NCBI GenBank assembly: GCA_963727445.1
Contig: CAVSGI010000013.1
Location: 384,001-448,000 of the forward strand
From: an uncultured delta proteobacterium
GTDB taxonomy: Bacteria > Myxococcota_A > Polyangia > Polyangiales > B10-G4
DNA length: 64,000 nt
Direction of reading: 5' to 3'
The notes under the pieces were generated by a model. The model ran no database searches. It was not told the DNA's origin and saw only the letters and a list, made by a program, of their open reading frames with translations. Positions within the stretch are counted from its first letter, which is position 1, and each line of letters starts with the position of its first letter. Shown here piece by piece: positions 18,479-28,444 of this stretch. Both the position numbers and the translations under genes were made by a program.

Positions 18479-19812
18479 CGGCAGAAGCCTCCCATGCACG
18501 CGAAGGTGCCGCAGTTCTGGCAGGCGTTGCCGCGGGTTCCACAGACCATGTCGGTATCGCCGGGCTGGCAAGTCGTCCCGTCCCAGCATCCCGCGCAGCA
18601 TATGAGCGCCGCGCCCGACATCTGGCAGCGACCCTGCTGCATGGACGCGCTGGTGCACATGTCGCCTTCGGTGCTCGTCACACATACGCCCGACTCGCAG
18701 CTCTGGCAGGGCAGACATGCGCTGCACATGTCGCCCCCGGTGCCGCAAGCCGTGGCCTGGTCCCCGCTCCGGCAGGCCATCCCGTCCCAGCAGCCGTCAC
18801 AGCAAGCGCCCACACGACAGGTCCCCCCGGTGCAGGGGGTTCCATCGGCGGGGCCGCAGGTGCCGCCCATGCACTCGCCGCATTCGCCGCAGTCGGTGCA
18901 CATGCCGCCGCCCGCGCCGCAAGCGGCCGCCGTGTCCCCGGGCTGGCAGCTCATCCCGTCCGTGCACCCATCGCAACAAACGCCCGAGATGCAGAGGCCA
19001 GCGCCACCGGCGCAGGGGTCGTTGTCCATGGCGGTGGCGGCGCAGGCCCCGTCGGTGCAGGTGCCGCAGCCCGCGCAGCTCAGGCAGCGGTCCCCCGCGC
19101 TGCCGCAGATGCTGTCGACGTCTCCCGTGCGGCAGCTGATTCCATCCCAGCAGCCCACGCAGCAGCTGCCGCCGTAGCACTTGCCGTCGCCGCAGGAGGT
19201 CTCGTCCGCGACGGGCACGCAATCGCCCGCCCGGCAGGTCTGGCACGCGTCACAGGTGACGGAGGCGCAAGCCTCGCACGCCGCGTCGGAGGCGCAGGCG
19301 GAGTCGTCACAGTCGACGCTCCCGTTGCAGTCGTCGTCGATGCCGTCGTCGCAGACGGTCTCCGTCGCCCGACAGGTGTCGACCATGCCGCCGTCGACGG
19401 GCATGTCGCGACAGCGGCCCCCTTCGCAGAAGGTCCTCGAACAGGCGGGAACCTCCATGCTGCGCGCGGAGAGGGTCACCACCACCGGCCCCACCTCGGG
19501 AAGCTCGACGATGGTGCATCCCTCGGCGAAGAGGGTGCAGCTCTCGTCGCGGGCGTGCCCCGCGAAGCCCCAGGTTCCGTCAGCGAGGACCGGCACATCC
19601 GCAGCGGAGAGCTCTCCCATCACCACCTCGGTGGAGAAGCGCTCCTCGCCGTCGCATCCCCCTTCGAGGATGACGGCCTCGACCACCGTCGCTCGCGACA
19701 AGAGCGCGGGTTGATCGAACTCGATCTCCCACCCGAGCGGGCGCGGGTCCCCTTTGCAGCCCGAGAGGAGAGCCAGCAGAGAGACGAGGGAAGCGATCTT
19801 CAGGCGAAGCAT
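18475..19812 (-). CDS. Cys-rich repeat lipoprotein
   Basis: LLSGC lipobox; CDDGIDDDCNG motif; four CCxGCxDG repeats. Confidence 0.85.
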   Translation of the reverse strand: MLRLKIASLVSLLALLSGCKGDPRPLGWEIEFDQPALLSRATVVEAVILEGGCDGEERFSTEVVMGELSAADVPVLADGTWGFAGHARDESCTLFAEGCTIVELPEVGPVVVTLSARSMEVPACSRTFCEGGRCRDMPVDGGMVDTCRATETVCDDGIDDDCNGSVDCDDSACASDAACEACASVTCDACQTCRAGDCVPVADETSCGDGKCYGGSCCVGCWDGISCRTGDVDSICGSAGDRCLSCAGCGTCTDGACAATAMDNDPCAGGAGLCISGVCCDGCTDGMSCQPGDTAAACGAGGGMCTDCGECGECMGGTCGPADGTPCTGGTCRVGACCDGCWDGMACRSGDQATACGTGGDMCSACLPCQSCESGVCVTSTEGDMCTSASMQQGRCQMSGAALICCAGCWDGTTCQPGDTDMVCGTRGNACQNCGTFACMGGFCR

Positions 19813-19880
19813 GCGCGACAAACCGCGCGATTATAGCGCCCGTACCACGATCTCCGCCAATCCTCGGGAGGGCCCGAGGC

Positions 19881-20246
19881 TCACATGCAGGGAGCGCCGC
19901 CGAGGGCGGCCGGGCAGTTCGTCGCGTCGGTCGCGGCGAGGTCGCAGAAGGCCTGACGGCATTCGAGGAAGTTGCCGCTCATGGTGTCCATCCCGGCGGT
20001 GGGCAGGGACTCTGCGTCGGCCTCGCAGGCGGGGATCGCCACCTCGTCCCCTTCACCGTATTGCGCGTGATAGGGCTCGTGGCAGTTGATCAGGAGACAG
20101 TTGCAGAGCTCCTGGGGCGGGGTGAGGCCTCCGTCGCCCGCCGCATCGGCCGCGGCGTCCGCCGTGCCGCCACCGTCGGTGGCCGCGCTGTCGTCGCTGC
20201 TGCACGCTGCCATCAGCAACGCCAGAGTCACCATCATCCATCTCAT
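19881..20246 (-). CDS. small Cys-rich lipoprotein
   Basis: LMAAC lipobox; eight further Cys; ATGA overlap with the cytochrome gene. Confidence 0.8.
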   Translation of the reverse strand: MRWMMVTLALLMAACSSDDSAATDGGGTADAAADAAGDGGLTPPQELCNCLLINCHEPYHAQYGEGDEVAIPACEADAESLPTAGMDTMSGNFLECRQAFCDLAATDATNCPAALGGAPCM

Positions 20247-21088
20247 TGACACCCCGCTTCGTATTCGATCCACGCCAGGAACGCGAGATAGGCGGGATCC
20301 ATCTTGTTGTCGAACTTGTCGTGACCGCCGTGGACGACGCCGCCGAGGTCTTCGGAGAGCGGCTTGAGGAGAAGGAGGCTCGACTCCGGATCGTCGAAGT
20401 CGACCACGCCCAGCTCGAGGAGGTTGCTCCGCGAGATGACGGCGCCGGGGCCGCAGGCGTCGCTACCGTCGATCCAGCGTGGCGCCTCGGCGGGTCCATA
20501 GGTGCTGCCGATGAAGTGGCAGGGGAAGCAGCGACCGCGGAACGGGTAGATCGTGTAGAGGAACGTCTCTTCGCGCGTGGTGGGCGAGCAGTCGGTGGGA
20601 TCGATCTCGAAGGTCGGGGCGTCGGTGCCATCACCGCGGATGTCGCACTGATTGCCGGGCTCGGCCGGACCGCAGTCGACGTCGCTGCAAGCGTCGAGGC
20701 CGCCGCAATCCGCGGTGTGGACGATCCACTCGCGGAAGGCCTCGTGTTCGGCCGAGATCACGTCGGCGGTGATCAGGTTACTGTCGGGCATCGCCCGGTC
20801 GATCCAGGTGAGGATCAAGCTGTCGTCCGGGGAGTCGAGATCGACGACCTCGAGCTCGACCATGCACGCCATCGTCTCGCAGGGCGTGTCGCGCACGAAG
20901 AGGCTCAGGTCGACGCCGGAGAGGTGGCACTGGTTGCAGGTGCTCGGCCGGTCGTCGACCAGGATCGGGGCGATGCGCTCCTCGAAGAGCTGGGTGTTGT
21001 CCTCGGCGCAGATGCCGCCCGGACCGTCGTCCTGTCCGCACGCAGCCAGGGTCAGGGCCGCGAGCCAGAGCCAAGGAAAGAAGCGCAT
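20243..21088 (-). CDS. di-heme c-type cytochrome lipoprotein
   Basis: LAAC lipobox; CNQCH and CFPCH; duplicated DxDxPxxSL motif; HGG near the C-terminus. Confidence 0.8.
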   Translation of the reverse strand: MRFFPWLWLAALTLAACGQDDGPGGICAEDNTQLFEERIAPILVDDRPSTCNQCHLSGVDLSLFVRDTPCETMACMVELEVVDLDSPDDSLILTWIDRAMPDSNLITADVISAEHEAFREWIVHTADCGGLDACSDVDCGPAEPGNQCDIRGDGTDAPTFEIDPTDCSPTTREETFLYTIYPFRGRCFPCHFIGSTYGPAEAPRWIDGSDACGPGAVISRSNLLELGVVDFDDPESSLLLLKPLSEDLGGVVHGGHDKFDNKMDPAYLAFLAWIEYEAGCQ

Positions 21089-21250
21089 CTCTTCGAAGTG
21101 TACGACTCAGGGCGCCGATCGGATTGGCCGGTGGCTAAAGACCCTGCCAAACCGGTCACGGTGGCGCCCTGAGTTGACAGTCTCTACCCCTAAAAACCAA
21201 GGAGTTCCGAGCAAGGTGCAGAGGCACGGGAAGTGCTTAATGGTAGAGAC

Positions 21251-21419
21251 ATGCTGCCGCCATTCATCATCGAGCAACTCCGAGAGCGTGAGGAGCAGGC
21301 CCGACGTGAGGCCGAGCGGGAGCAGCCCCGATTGGAGCTGCCCGTTCCTCCGGTGGTTCGGCGTCCCGCCGCCGACGACGAAGAAGGTCGTGGGGTGACC
21401 GAGATTCAGAATCTGGTGA
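21251..21419 (+). CDS. small protein (MLPPFIIEQLRERE...), apparently fused to the next gene by a one-base insertion
   Basis: Removing one A at 21410-21411 gives ...GVTEIQIW* with its TGA overlapping the next GTG. Confidence 0.5.
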
Positions 21420-22948
21420 CCAGGGACCGAGGGCGCGCCGCCGTCCTCATCCTGTCGATCCTCGGGCTCGCCGCTCTCGGCTATCTCTGGATCGGCGACG
21501 CCCCACGCGGGGCCGGGAGCGAGACTCCAAACGAAAGCATTCGCGAGGCGCCCGCCGCACCCATCGAGGTCGCGCGGGCGCCACGCTTTTCGGTCGATGA
21601 AGAAGCTGAGGCGCCCGCCGCGCCGCCCGCGCCGCCGCCGCCCGATGGCGAAGAGCACGCGGCCATGGCGGACCCGGGGTTCTGCCCGGAGCCGGGCGAG
21701 TCGCTGCCCCCCTATGCGCGCCCGAGCCTCGCGCAGCTCTTGAACGATCGCACGGACGAGCTGGTGGCGCGGGCGCGTCTCGTCTCCGGCGAGCAGGGGA
21801 GCGAAGCGCTCCGGCGCGGGCTCGCGCTCCTGAACGATCCCAGCCGCGGTGCCGACGCGATCGCGACCCTCGCGAACGCACCCGATCGCCGCGACGGCGC
21901 CTTCGACTTCGCCGCAGCGGCCGCCGTGGCGGCCGGCGCCCGCGCCCTCGCCGAGCATCGCGATCGCGACGTGACGGAGATCGTGGACGCCGCGCTTCGC
22001 GCGTCCGGGCGCGATCCCATCGTGCACGTCCTCGCCGCCCACGTGGCGTTCTACAGGCACGCGCTCGTCGAGGCGCGCGAGGCGCTCGAGGCGGCCTTCG
22101 CGCTCGACCCGGAGGAGCCCACCGTCGCCCTGCCCCTGGGCCGCCTCGCCTCGAACACCCCGGACGAAGCGCTCGCGCTCCGCGCGCTTCGCGTGTACCT
22201 CGACGCCTACCCGGACGACGTGGAGATGGCGCGCCTCGCCGCGCGCGTGGAGCTGCGACGCGACCTCGCGCGCGACTACCAGAGCCTCTCGCGCGGCGGC
22301 CTCACGCTGCGCTACGCCCCGTCGGTCTCCCCCGACGACGCGCGCGCGACCCTCGATCTCGCGGACGGCGTGTTGTCGGAGGCGGCGCGCCTGCTCGGCG
22401 TGAGCCCGCGCGAGGAGCTCTCGATCGTCGTGTACGAGAGCCGATCCGAGCTCCGCGCCGTGACCTGCATCCCCGGCTGGGCCGGAGGCGTCTACGACGG
22501 CTCGCTCCGGCTCTCGGGCCCCACGGTGCACGACCCGACCGAACGCACGCGCGTCGTACGCCACGAAGGGCTTCACGCCGCGCTCTCCGATGCGGTGGGG
22601 CCCGCGCCCTACTGGTTCAACGAGGGTCTGGCCCAGCGCTTCGCCCACGAGCACTCGCGCGCGCACGAGGCCAGTTGGGCGCGGATGCGCGCGAGCGGGC
22701 TGGTGATCCCCTTCCCCTCTCTCGATGGAAGCTTCCTCGACATCGACGACTCGGACGACGCGCAGCTCGCCTATCACCAGAGCCTGGCGATGGTGGATCT
22801 GTTGGCCGCGCGCCGCGGCGAGCGCGTCTTCGCGGACGCCGTCGGCTACCTGAAGGAGGGCGGCGATCGCGCCGAGCTCTTCTCTTTCCTCGCCGGGCCG
22901 CGACCCGTGACGAGCGCGGATCTCGTCGAGTTCCTCCGCGCGGAGTAG
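21416..22948 (+). CDS. membrane-anchored TPR plus peptidase MA-like zinc metalloprotease
   Basis: N-terminal TM helix; HEGLH followed by PYWFNEGLA. Confidence 0.85.
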   Translation: MTRDRGRAAVLILSILGLAALGYLWIGDAPRGAGSETPNESIREAPAAPIEVARAPRFSVDEEAEAPAAPPAPPPPDGEEHAAMADPGFCPEPGESLPPYARPSLAQLLNDRTDELVARARLVSGEQGSEALRRGLALLNDPSRGADAIATLANAPDRRDGAFDFAAAAAVAAGARALAEHRDRDVTEIVDAALRASGRDPIVHVLAAHVAFYRHALVEAREALEAAFALDPEEPTVALPLGRLASNTPDEALALRALRVYLDAYPDDVEMARLAARVELRRDLARDYQSLSRGGLTLRYAPSVSPDDARATLDLADGVLSEAARLLGVSPREELSIVVYESRSELRAVTCIPGWAGGVYDGSLRLSGPTVHDPTERTRVVRHEGLHAALSDAVGPAPYWFNEGLAQRFAHEHSRAHEASWARMRASGLVIPFPSLDGSFLDIDDSDDAQLAYHQSLAMVDLLAARRGERVFADAVGYLKEGGDRAELFSFLAGPRPVTSADLVEFLRAE

Positions 22949-22957
22949 CATGCCCGC

Positions 22958-24509
22958 GTGGCGAGAGAGCTCGCGGTGCTGGCCTTCGTGGCGTTGGGCG
23001 TGTTTTCGAACACGCGAACGGTGCATGCGGAGCAGGGTGCGCCACGACAGGCGATCGTGGTCGTGCCGCCCGCGCTCGCGGATGGTGCACGAGAGGAGCT
23101 GGACGGTATCGCCAACGTGACGGTGCGCGTGCTGGCGGAGCCGACGGGGGAACCCTCGAGCCGTGAGATTGTCGAAGCGGCGCGCACTTCCTACACGGCG
23201 ATGGATTTCGACGCGGCGCTCACCGCCGCGCGCCAGGCGGTGGTGGCGCTCGAGGAGCGCGCGACCAGCCGAGCGGACTTCGCGCGCCTCGCCGATGCGT
23301 GGCTCCTGCAGGGGATGGCGGAGCTCGCCCTCGGCGACCGCAACAAGGCGACGAACGCCTTCCGGCAGGCGGTCATCATTCTTCCCGCGCGCGAGCTCCA
23401 GGAGGGCCAGTACCCGCCGCCGGTGCGCGCGCTCTACGCGGAGGTGCGGAGGGCGATTCAGAACGAGGAGCCGGCCTCGCTCACCGTCACCCCGACTCCC
23501 GCGCACGCGCGCCTCTTCCTCGACGGTGTGGAAGTCGGTCTCGGGCCAACGACATTGCGCGGGACGGCGGGGAGACATCAGCTCCGCCTCGAGGCGCTGG
23601 GCTTTTCCACGCGGCGCTCGATGGTCACGCTCGAGGCGAGCGGCGCCGAGCCTGTCGCCATCGAGCTCCCCGGCGCATCGGCGGAGGAGGCGCTCCGGCA
23701 GCTCGGCGCGCTCGACCACCAGGTCGACGCCGCGATGGCGCAGCAGTTGATGACGAGAATCGGCGCCGATCTCCGCCATCGCCATCCGCCCCGCCGCGAA
23801 CGGCTCGGTCTCCTACGTCGCCGCTGACGTCCTGGGCTCGCATCGGGGGCGGGCTCCGTCGGCCAGGGCTGCGCTCTTCAGCATCGCCCCCGAATTCGAT
23901 CCGGACGGCGAAGGCGACGACGCGGGATTGCCGGTGGCGAACACCACCGGCGAGACCAGCGAGCACCTTCACCAGGGCCTCTACCTGCGCCTGTGGGCGG
24001 GACCGGCGCTTCGCGGGGACACGGCGACGCTCGGCGCGGTCACGGCGGACACCGCGGTGCCGGCCGGAGACGTCGAGGTCGGCGGCGGGGGCGCGATCAT
24101 GGACGGCCTGATCGTCGGTGGCTCCTTCTTCTTCTCGATCGGGGGAGACACGCTGAACGTGAAGTGCCCCTCCACCGTAACGGACCCCGGTTGCAACACG
24201 GCGACGCCGCGCTCGCGTTTCGTGGCGGCGCTGAAGATCTGGGCCGATTGGTATCCCTTCGGCTCGGGCTTCCACTTCGGCGGCGGCGTGGGCCTGATGC
24301 GCGCGGCGATGCAGGGCGGCTTCGCGCTCCTCCCGGAGACCACCGTGATCGGCGCCATGGTCGACCTCTACGCGGGCTACGACTTCTGGGTCACGGATTG
24401 GTCGACGCTCGGCGCGGCGCTCAGGATCGCGGGCTGGCGAGGGCAGAAGGAGGAGGTGATCCTCTCGGGAGGCGCGCTGTCGCTCCTGATCACCTTCGCC
24501 TACGACTGA
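22958..24509 (+). CDS. TPR/PEGA protein with a beta-rich C-terminal domain; frameshift near 23774
   Basis: GAT CTC C GCC ATC: removing one C joins ORF 22958 to the 23928-24509 frame with no stops. Confidence 0.7.
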
Positions 24510-24573
24510 TCCCACCGGTCGTCCGGTAACCGTCGCTTCCACCCCCGACGGCCGACGTGTACGTTGCGCCGTC

Positions 24574-25845
24574 ATGGGGAAGACGACGAACGCCATCGCC
24601 GCGGCGCTCTGCGCCGCGGTCTTTCTGCATCCGTCACCGACCGATGCCTGCATCCACGCCGCGGGCTCGGGCGGCGAGCCGGTGGAGATCTCCCAGAAGG
24701 GTCAGCAGGGCCTGTTGATCTGGCACGACGGCAAGGAAGAGCTCGTGCTGAAGATCGAGTACGAGAGTGGTGCCGATGTGTCGGCGCTGGGTCTGGTGGT
24801 TCCGGTGCCGGCCGTACCCGAGGCTTATGACACGGCGGACGCCGGGCTCTTCGACGCCCTGCATTCGTGGGTGCGCATCGCACGACAGCAGCCGTCGCTG
24901 CGGAGCGCGAGGGCGCGGGGGATCAACGGGCACGGGTCCTCCGGTCCGCCGCTGGTCGCCCTGCCGCCAGCGGAGGCCGGCCCCTATCGCATCCAGCCGC
25001 TTCAGGCCTTCGGCGAGGAAGGCATCGCCGCGCTCACCACCTGGATGGAGGAGAACGACTTCGCGCCGATCCCGCCGGCGGTGCTCACGTACTTCACCGA
25101 GCGCCACTGGACGTTCCTCACCGTGAAGATCGACCCGGCGGAGGGGGAGAGCCTCGCACGCGAGGGGGGCCTGCCGCCGCTCCGCGTTCGCCTCGCATCG
25201 GAGCGCGCCATCTATCCACTCAAGCTCGAGGCGCAGGGTGTCTTTCCGATGCGCCTCTACCTGGTCACCAAGGACCCGCTCCCCGACCAGGCCTTCCAAG
25301 GTGCGGTGGAGCGCGGCTTCGAGGTCGCGGAGGCTGGCGACATGCCAGCCCTCGGCCAGCACGGGGCCCCTTTGAGGTCGCGCGTGGGCCGCTTCTCGGC
25401 GTCGAGCGCGCCCCCCGCTCTGCGCTCCATCCTGGAAGACGTCGATGGGCTGGGCGAGGGCGAGCTCACCCTGCGCGTCCTCTACAACGAGCACTTCGGC
25501 CGGGGCGCGGGCGCCTCTCTGGGCTGGGCGGAGGACCTCTCGATCCCGGGTGCGGCGGAAGGCGAGCGGCTGATGGGGACGGCGGGTCAGGCGGCGCAAC
25601 CCTCGGCGGAGGCGGACACGGTTCCTGCGAACCACGTCGACGAACCACGAGCCGGCGCAGGGCCAGGGCCGAATACCCCGCGAGAGGGGTCCCCGCCGAC
25701 TGCGTCCGCGGCTTCGGAGACGGAGACCGAGGACGACGACTCCGGCCTCTGCAGCGCCTCCGCAAGCGCCCCGCCGCCCGCTTTCGCGATCCTCGTCGGT
25801 GTCGCGCTCCTGGCCGCGCGGAGGAGGCGCTCAGCTCACGGCTGA
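24574..25845 (+). CDS. DUF2330-like protein with a MYXO-CTERM-like tail
   Basis: Q.GLLIWHDGKEELV, VVPVP, IYPLKL; C-terminal GLCSAS + hydrophobic helix + RRRR. Confidence 0.8.
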   Translation: MGKTTNAIAAALCAAVFLHPSPTDACIHAAGSGGEPVEISQKGQQGLLIWHDGKEELVLKIEYESGADVSALGLVVPVPAVPEAYDTADAGLFDALHSWVRIARQQPSLRSARARGINGHGSSGPPLVALPPAEAGPYRIQPLQAFGEEGIAALTTWMEENDFAPIPPAVLTYFTERHWTFLTVKIDPAEGESLAREGGLPPLRVRLASERAIYPLKLEAQGVFPMRLYLVTKDPLPDQAFQGAVERGFEVAEAGDMPALGQHGAPLRSRVGRFSASSAPPALRSILEDVDGLGEGELTLRVLYNEHFGRGAGASLGWAEDLSIPGAAEGERLMGTAGQAAQPSAEADTVPANHVDEPRAGAGPGPNTPREGSPPTASAASETETEDDDSGLCSASASAPPPAFAILVGVALLAARRRRSAHG

Positions 25846-26916
25846 GAGCGCGCGGGTCCGGGCGCTCACCAGGGAACGCAGCTCCAGGTCGTCGTCGCCG
25901 GTGAGCTCGCTGAGGATGCGGATCGCCTCGTCGTAGGCGGGCTCCGCGTCGGCGACGCGACCGGCGGCGACCAGCGTGTCGGCCAGACGGCCGAGCACGC
26001 CGGAGAGGTAGGGGTCTTCGGAGTCGAGGGTGCGCTCGACGAGGGCCACCGCTTCCTCGCGCGCTTCGATCGCGCCTTCGAGGTCCTGATCCTTCTGCCG
26101 AAGGTCAGCGAGGCGCTCCACCAGCACCGAGGTGCTCATCGCCGGCGCGCCGAAGGAACGACCCATCCCGATCGCTTCTTCGATCTCGCGGATCGCCGCG
26201 TCCATCGCGCCAGCATCCTCGGCGAGCCCCGCGAGGAGCGCGCGCACCTCCATCACCTGACGATGCGCGCCGGGCAGGAGCGCTTCGGCCGCGGCGAGGA
26301 AGCTTCGTGCGCTCGTCTCGACCATGCCTCGCTCCATGGAGGCGGCGGCGATGCGGAAGAGCTGCTCGCGATCCCAGCGCAGCTTCTCCTCGGCCTCGGC
26401 CGTGCCCTCGAGCTGCGGCCACATGAGCCGTCGTCGCTCCGCGTCGCTCACCACACGCACCAGCAGACGCACGCCCTGCTGCGCCGGGCGCACCAACACC
26501 AGGAACTGCCGCGGCCGATCGTCCATCCCGAGCTGGATGAAGAGCTGGCCCACCGCCGCGCCGCCGTCGTGCGGGGAGAGCATCGACATCACCTTGAGCC
26601 TGCGCACCACGTCCGCCATCAGCTCGGGCGCGAGCTCCAACTCGTCGTGCCACTGCCCGTCGATCCGGAAGCGCACCGGCCGCGCGATCTCCGGCGGCTC
26701 GACGTGGATCATCGACGCGTTCTTGGCGAGGGCGTTGATCAAGAGCGCGTTCGCGAGGCGGACCGTGGGCGCGCTCGCCCCCGAAGGGAGCGGTTCGTCG
26801 AGGCCGAGCTCCTCGGCGTCGTCTTCGAAGAGCGACGCGTAGTCGATGATCTCGGGCCCGGACCTGGCAGGCGTCCGATATCCCAGAGCCACGTCGTCCT
26901 TTGGTCCGCTCCGCAC
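25831..26916 (-). CDS. PilB/GspE N-terminal (N2)-like domain fused to TPR repeats, no ATPase domain
   Basis: APTVRLANALL..A....ASMIHVEP...VRFRIDG...RLKVMS; no Walker A; TPR-like helices follow. Confidence 0.75.
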   Translation of the reverse strand: MRSGPKDDVALGYRTPARSGPEIIDYASLFEDDAEELGLDEPLPSGASAPTVRLANALLINALAKNASMIHVEPPEIARPVRFRIDGQWHDELELAPELMADVVRRLKVMSMLSPHDGGAAVGQLFIQLGMDDRPRQFLVLVRPAQQGVRLLVRVVSDAERRRLMWPQLEGTAEAEEKLRWDREQLFRIAAASMERGMVETSARSFLAAAEALLPGAHRQVMEVRALLAGLAEDAGAMDAAIREIEEAIGMGRSFGAPAMSTSVLVERLADLRQKDQDLEGAIEAREEAVALVERTLDSEDPYLSGVLGRLADTLVAAGRVADAEPAYDEAIRILSELTGDDDLELRSLVSARTRALSAVS

Positions 26917-27009
26917 TTGTGGTGCAGCATAGCCCTTTGTGACAGGCGCGCGGCAGCGTCCTGAGATGACGCCTCTTTTCCCCGTGATCTCGTGCCCGGT
27001 ACATGGCGT

Positions 27010-28407
27010 TTAGCGCGCGACCGCTTCCGACAGGGCCGTGGTGAGGGCGTCCAGATCCGATTCGCCGGTGCGATAGCTGGTGATGCAGGCCCTGAGCGCG
27101 CGGGTGCCGTCCGGCAGGGTGACGGTGGAGATCCAGGCCCGGCCCGACTCCACCACCGCCCGGGCAACCGGCGCTGGATCGCTCGCCTCCGGATGGGTGA
27201 AGCAGACCAGCGGCAACGGCGTGTCGTTCACCACGACGAAGCCGCGCGAAAGCAGCCGCCCGCGCAGCGCGTCACCCATGCGCGTCTGATGCTCGACCAT
27301 GGCGGCATAGCCGCGGGCACCGCGGGTGGCGAGGGCGGCCAGGACCGGAACCCCGATGGCGCGACGGCTCCACTGGAGCGAGCTTCGATGCGGGTCGGGT
27401 GCGCCCTCGGACGCGCGCGGCATGTACCCGCTCTCCACGGCGAAGGCGTGCGGCAGCGCCTCTGGATGTCGGCAGAGGAGCGCGCCCGCGCCCATCGGAG
27501 TCGACAGCCACTTGTGCGCATCCCAGGTGACCGTATCCGCTGCCTCGATGCCCCGCAGGTGCTCGCGGAGCGCGTCGGACAGCAGCGCGCCCCCGCCCCA
27601 CGCCGCGTCGCAATGAAACCACAGCCCGTGCGCCTGGCAGAGCGCCGCGATCTTCTCGAGCGGGTCGATGGCCCCGCTGGCGGTCGTCCCTGCGGTCCCA
27701 ACCACGAGAAAAGGTGTGTCGCCCGCGCGCCGATCGGCATCGATCATCGCGGCGAGCGCAGAAGGGCGCATGCGATGGCCCTCGTCGCTCGCCACCCGGC
27801 GCACGCTCCGTTCACCGAGGCCGACGACGCGCGCGGCCTTCACCAGCGAGTCGTGCCCCTCGGCGCCGACGTAGAAGAGCGGTCGGGCGTCGAGACCGAG
27901 GACCCCCTCCTCGCGCCACCCTTCGAAGCGATGGGCCAGCGCGACGACCAGCGCGCTCAGGTTGGCTTCCTGACCGCCCGAGGCGAAGTGCCCCTCGGCG
28001 CCGCCCTCACCAAAGCCGCTCCAGCCGATGCGTGAGCACAAGAAGGCGAGCGCGCGACGCTCCATGGCGATGGCGCCCGGCGCATGACTGAAGACCGCTT
28101 CCTGCGGGTTGTAGGCCGCGACCAGCGCCGCCGCCGCGACGCTCTCCGGGACCACCGATGGGTTGAAGAGACCGAAGTAACGCGGGTGGGTCACGTGCAC
28201 CGCGAAGCGACGGAGAAGATCCTCCACCTGGCGGAGCACGGCATCCGCGGGGGCGCCCGCCGCCAGATCGAAGCGCGCCTCCGCCTGGGCCAGCGCGGCC
28301 GAGGGGGCGACCTTGGCGCTGACCGCGCCGCGATCGACGCGCTCCGCGACGTGATCGGCGAAGGCGAGGAGCTGGGCGTGATGGGCCCGCGCGGCGGGTT
28401 GGGTCAT
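27010..28407 (-). CDS. group II PLP-dependent decarboxylase
   Basis: HPRYFG, GGQEAN, GTAGTT, HCDAAWGG, WDAHKWL. Confidence 0.92.
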   Translation of the reverse strand: MTQPAARAHHAQLLAFADHVAERVDRGAVSAKVAPSAALAQAEARFDLAAGAPADAVLRQVEDLLRRFAVHVTHPRYFGLFNPSVVPESVAAAALVAAYNPQEAVFSHAPGAIAMERRALAFLCSRIGWSGFGEGGAEGHFASGGQEANLSALVVALAHRFEGWREEGVLGLDARPLFYVGAEGHDSLVKAARVVGLGERSVRRVASDEGHRMRPSALAAMIDADRRAGDTPFLVVGTAGTTASGAIDPLEKIAALCQAHGLWFHCDAAWGGGALLSDALREHLRGIEAADTVTWDAHKWLSTPMGAGALLCRHPEALPHAFAVESGYMPRASEGAPDPHRSSLQWSRRAIGVPVLAALATRGARGYAAMVEHQTRMGDALRGRLLSRGFVVVNDTPLPLVCFTHPEASDPAPVARAVVESGRAWISTVTLPDGTRALRACITSYRTGESDLDALTTALSEAVAR

Positions 28408-28444
28408 TCGACGAGCATAAGGCAGGCGGCTACCCTCCCGCGCC

